Source of the DNA: Aplysia californica
Lineage: Eukaryota
NCBI RefSeq assembly: GCF_000002075.1
Contig: NW_004798404.1
Coordinates: 94,493 to 158,492, forward strand
Reading direction: 5' to 3'
Length of the DNA stretch: 64,000 nucleotides
Part shown: piece by piece, positions 61,681-64,000 of the stretch
Layout: every line of letters starts with the position of its first letter
Numbering within the stretch: position 1 is the first letter of the stretch
The notes under the pieces: model-generated
Database searches by the model: none
What the model was told of the DNA's origin: nothing
What the model saw: only the letters and a program-made list of their open reading frames with translations
Position numbers and translations under genes: made by a program

Positions 61681-64000
61681 CTTTATTTATTTTCGATATT
61701 TTTTAACCATACGTTGGATAGGCCAAAACGAGGGGCTGCTCGTGGGTCTAAAAAGCGGGCGTGCACAATTAAGCTATCTTAGGTTGAAGATAGTCAAGGG
61801 CATAGTAAATGAGATGGTGTATAATTTTAGGATCTTTGGTTTGGTGAGGGAAACCCTTGTGATTCTATTTTCATTCTTTTTACTTGTGGCTTTGACTTCT
61901 AGAACTAAATCTGTTTGTTAACTAAACGCCAGTTTCATTCATCCTGCTTTAGAACTGAACACTCAAGTAATACCTTTCACCACTCCACTACAAAACCGTT
62001 CAAAAGCACAACTCATAGGACGATGACTTAAGTGTGTCACGTTCACCTCCCTCAGGTTCACGGTCACAGAGTCACTTAAAATAGCGGCAAGACAATGAAC
62101 CAATCACAATTCACTTGAGCACTACGCTGGATTGCTCCGGGGCTGACATAATTTTGGCATAGAATAGCGCACAGTCTATCGCGTTTATTTTTAGATTGCC
62201 TACTGTGGGCTATGTTTCGGCACTATTCGGCAGGAGCACATTTGAGATATGCCGTCTTATTAATATTAATGTACCGCCAAACTCGCTACGAGTGTCGTCA
62301 TCGCTTGGGTTGTCCCAAAGAGCGATTTATAGGTCAGGTTTCCACTGTTGAATATCCTGCTATGCATAGATACAGCGCATGAACTTTGGCATGGCATAAT
62401 AGATGTTTTACGGCGCTATAGACACAGAAATGACAGTTACGGCGCCAGTGAGAAATGTATTTTGATATAATATTTGGCTAGTGTTTGTTTCTGGCATCTT
62501 TTATTTTGTTATTGTAGGTGTTTTACGTAATAGAACATTAAAAGTTTGGGCGGCACTGCACGACCGTGCTCAATGGACGAACCGCGCCTGGCCAAAACAT
62601 TGCTATTATAATATTAATTCTAATTTCGATTTCCCGGAAACGATCTTTGACTTCCAGATGGTTTTAGAATCAATAAAAGAAATCCATGCTTTTCAAAGTC
62701 TTTGGTGGACGTCGTCAAGGCAGTCTGCAATTTAGTTGATAATGCTCCAAGGTACATGAATTTACTAATTTCTACACGAGGGTCTCCATAAAGAGTGATG
62801 GGAGTAATTCTGGTGATAATTACAGCATTTTTGGTTAGGACATTTTTATTACAAGGCCAACTTCTTCCGTAGCTCTTGCTTATTCATTAGGAAAAATTGC
62901 ATTCATCCATGTGTTGTGATATTATTTCTTCTAGCAATAAAGTGCTTTGTTCATTTGAAATAAAAGTCAAAATTATGTGCTTTTTTTGCTTTTTTCTGAA
63001 TCATTTTTTTTCTCATGCTTTTGATCTTTGCTTCAGATATCTGGAGAAAAAAAAACGATTTTATATCGGAAAACAAAATTGTTTTTTTTAAATATAGGTG
63101 ACTTTACGCCCCTGTCCACATAATTCAGATCATTTAGGAGGCGGGCTTCCGACCCTGCCTATCAGGGCCAACTCCAGCTGAGAGGGACACAACGTCCTAG
63201 CAGAAAGACCGAGACACCTCATTAAAAGTCTCCCCCTGTTGAATCGAAGTCTGGTGTCCTGTATGCGTCAACAAACTGACTAACCGNNNNNNNNNNNNNN
63301 NNNNNNNNNNNNNNNNNNNNNNNNNNNNNNNNNNNNNNNNNNNNNNNNNNNNNNNNNNNNNNNNNNNNNNNNNNNNNNNNNNNNNNNNNNNNNNNNNNNN
63401 NNNNNNNNNNNNNNNNNNNNNNNNNNNNNNNNNNNNNNNNNNNNNNNNNNNNNNNNNNNNNNNNNNNNNNNNNNNNNNNNNNNNNNNNNNNNNNNNNNNN
63501 NNNNNNNNNNNNNNNNNNNNNNNNNNNNNNNNNNNNNNNNNNNNNNNNNNNNNNNNNNNNNNNNNNNNNNNNNNNNNNNNNNNNNNNNNNNNNNNNNNNN
63601 NNNNNNNNNAATAATNNNNNNNNNNNNNNNNNNNNNNNNNNNNNNNNNNNNNNNNNNNNNNNNNNNNNNNNNNNNNNNNNNNNNNNNNNNNNNNNNNNNN
63701 NNNNNNNNNNNNNNNNNNNNNNNNNNNNNNNNNNNNNNNNNNNNNNNNNNNNNNNNNNNNNNNNNNNNNAAAAAAAGAGTTTGACACTTAGTAGAATTTT
63801 CAAATTTAATAAGTTCGACGATTTGCCCGGTAAAGGGCTTCTTCAGGAACATGTACAAAAAATGTAATGGAAAATCTAATGACTACAAGCTATAGCAACA
63901 AAAGTGCGCGCATACACGTCATAATGTCAAAAGGTGCGATAAAAAACAATCGGGAAGACCAGAGGACATTGAAGGCTATGGCAAGAAGTTGTATGAATAT

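Overview
Eukaryotic, AT-rich, gap-containing scaffold from a gastropod mollusc, most likely Aplysia or a close relative (inferred from the receptor family and repeat landscape). Two kinds of host gene can be reconstructed only by splicing, so the ORF track largely misses them. (1) A 4-exon + strand gene (5211-5403, 7223-7255, 14705-14841 or its copy 15982-16118, 17021-17236; 192 aa) resembling the motile-cilia protein HOATZ/C11orf88. (2) A tandem cluster of three two-exon, minus-strand rhodopsin-class 7TM GPCRs of the expanded gastropod chemosensory-receptor type. Copies 1 and 2 are intact (368 aa each). Copy 3 is intact except for one in-frame TAG at 56469-56471, and its TATA-containing promoter has been tandemly multiplied. 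The rest is transposon debris: an RNase H-bearing LINE, RTE and I/Nimb LINEs, tRNA-derived SINEs, two related MITE families, a Harbinger derivative, Chapaev3-like fossils, a probable solo LTR, a palindromic foldback element and microsatellites. Several near-identical blocks flanking N-gaps are probably assembly or haplotype duplications. All family assignments are from recalled motifs; no searches were run.
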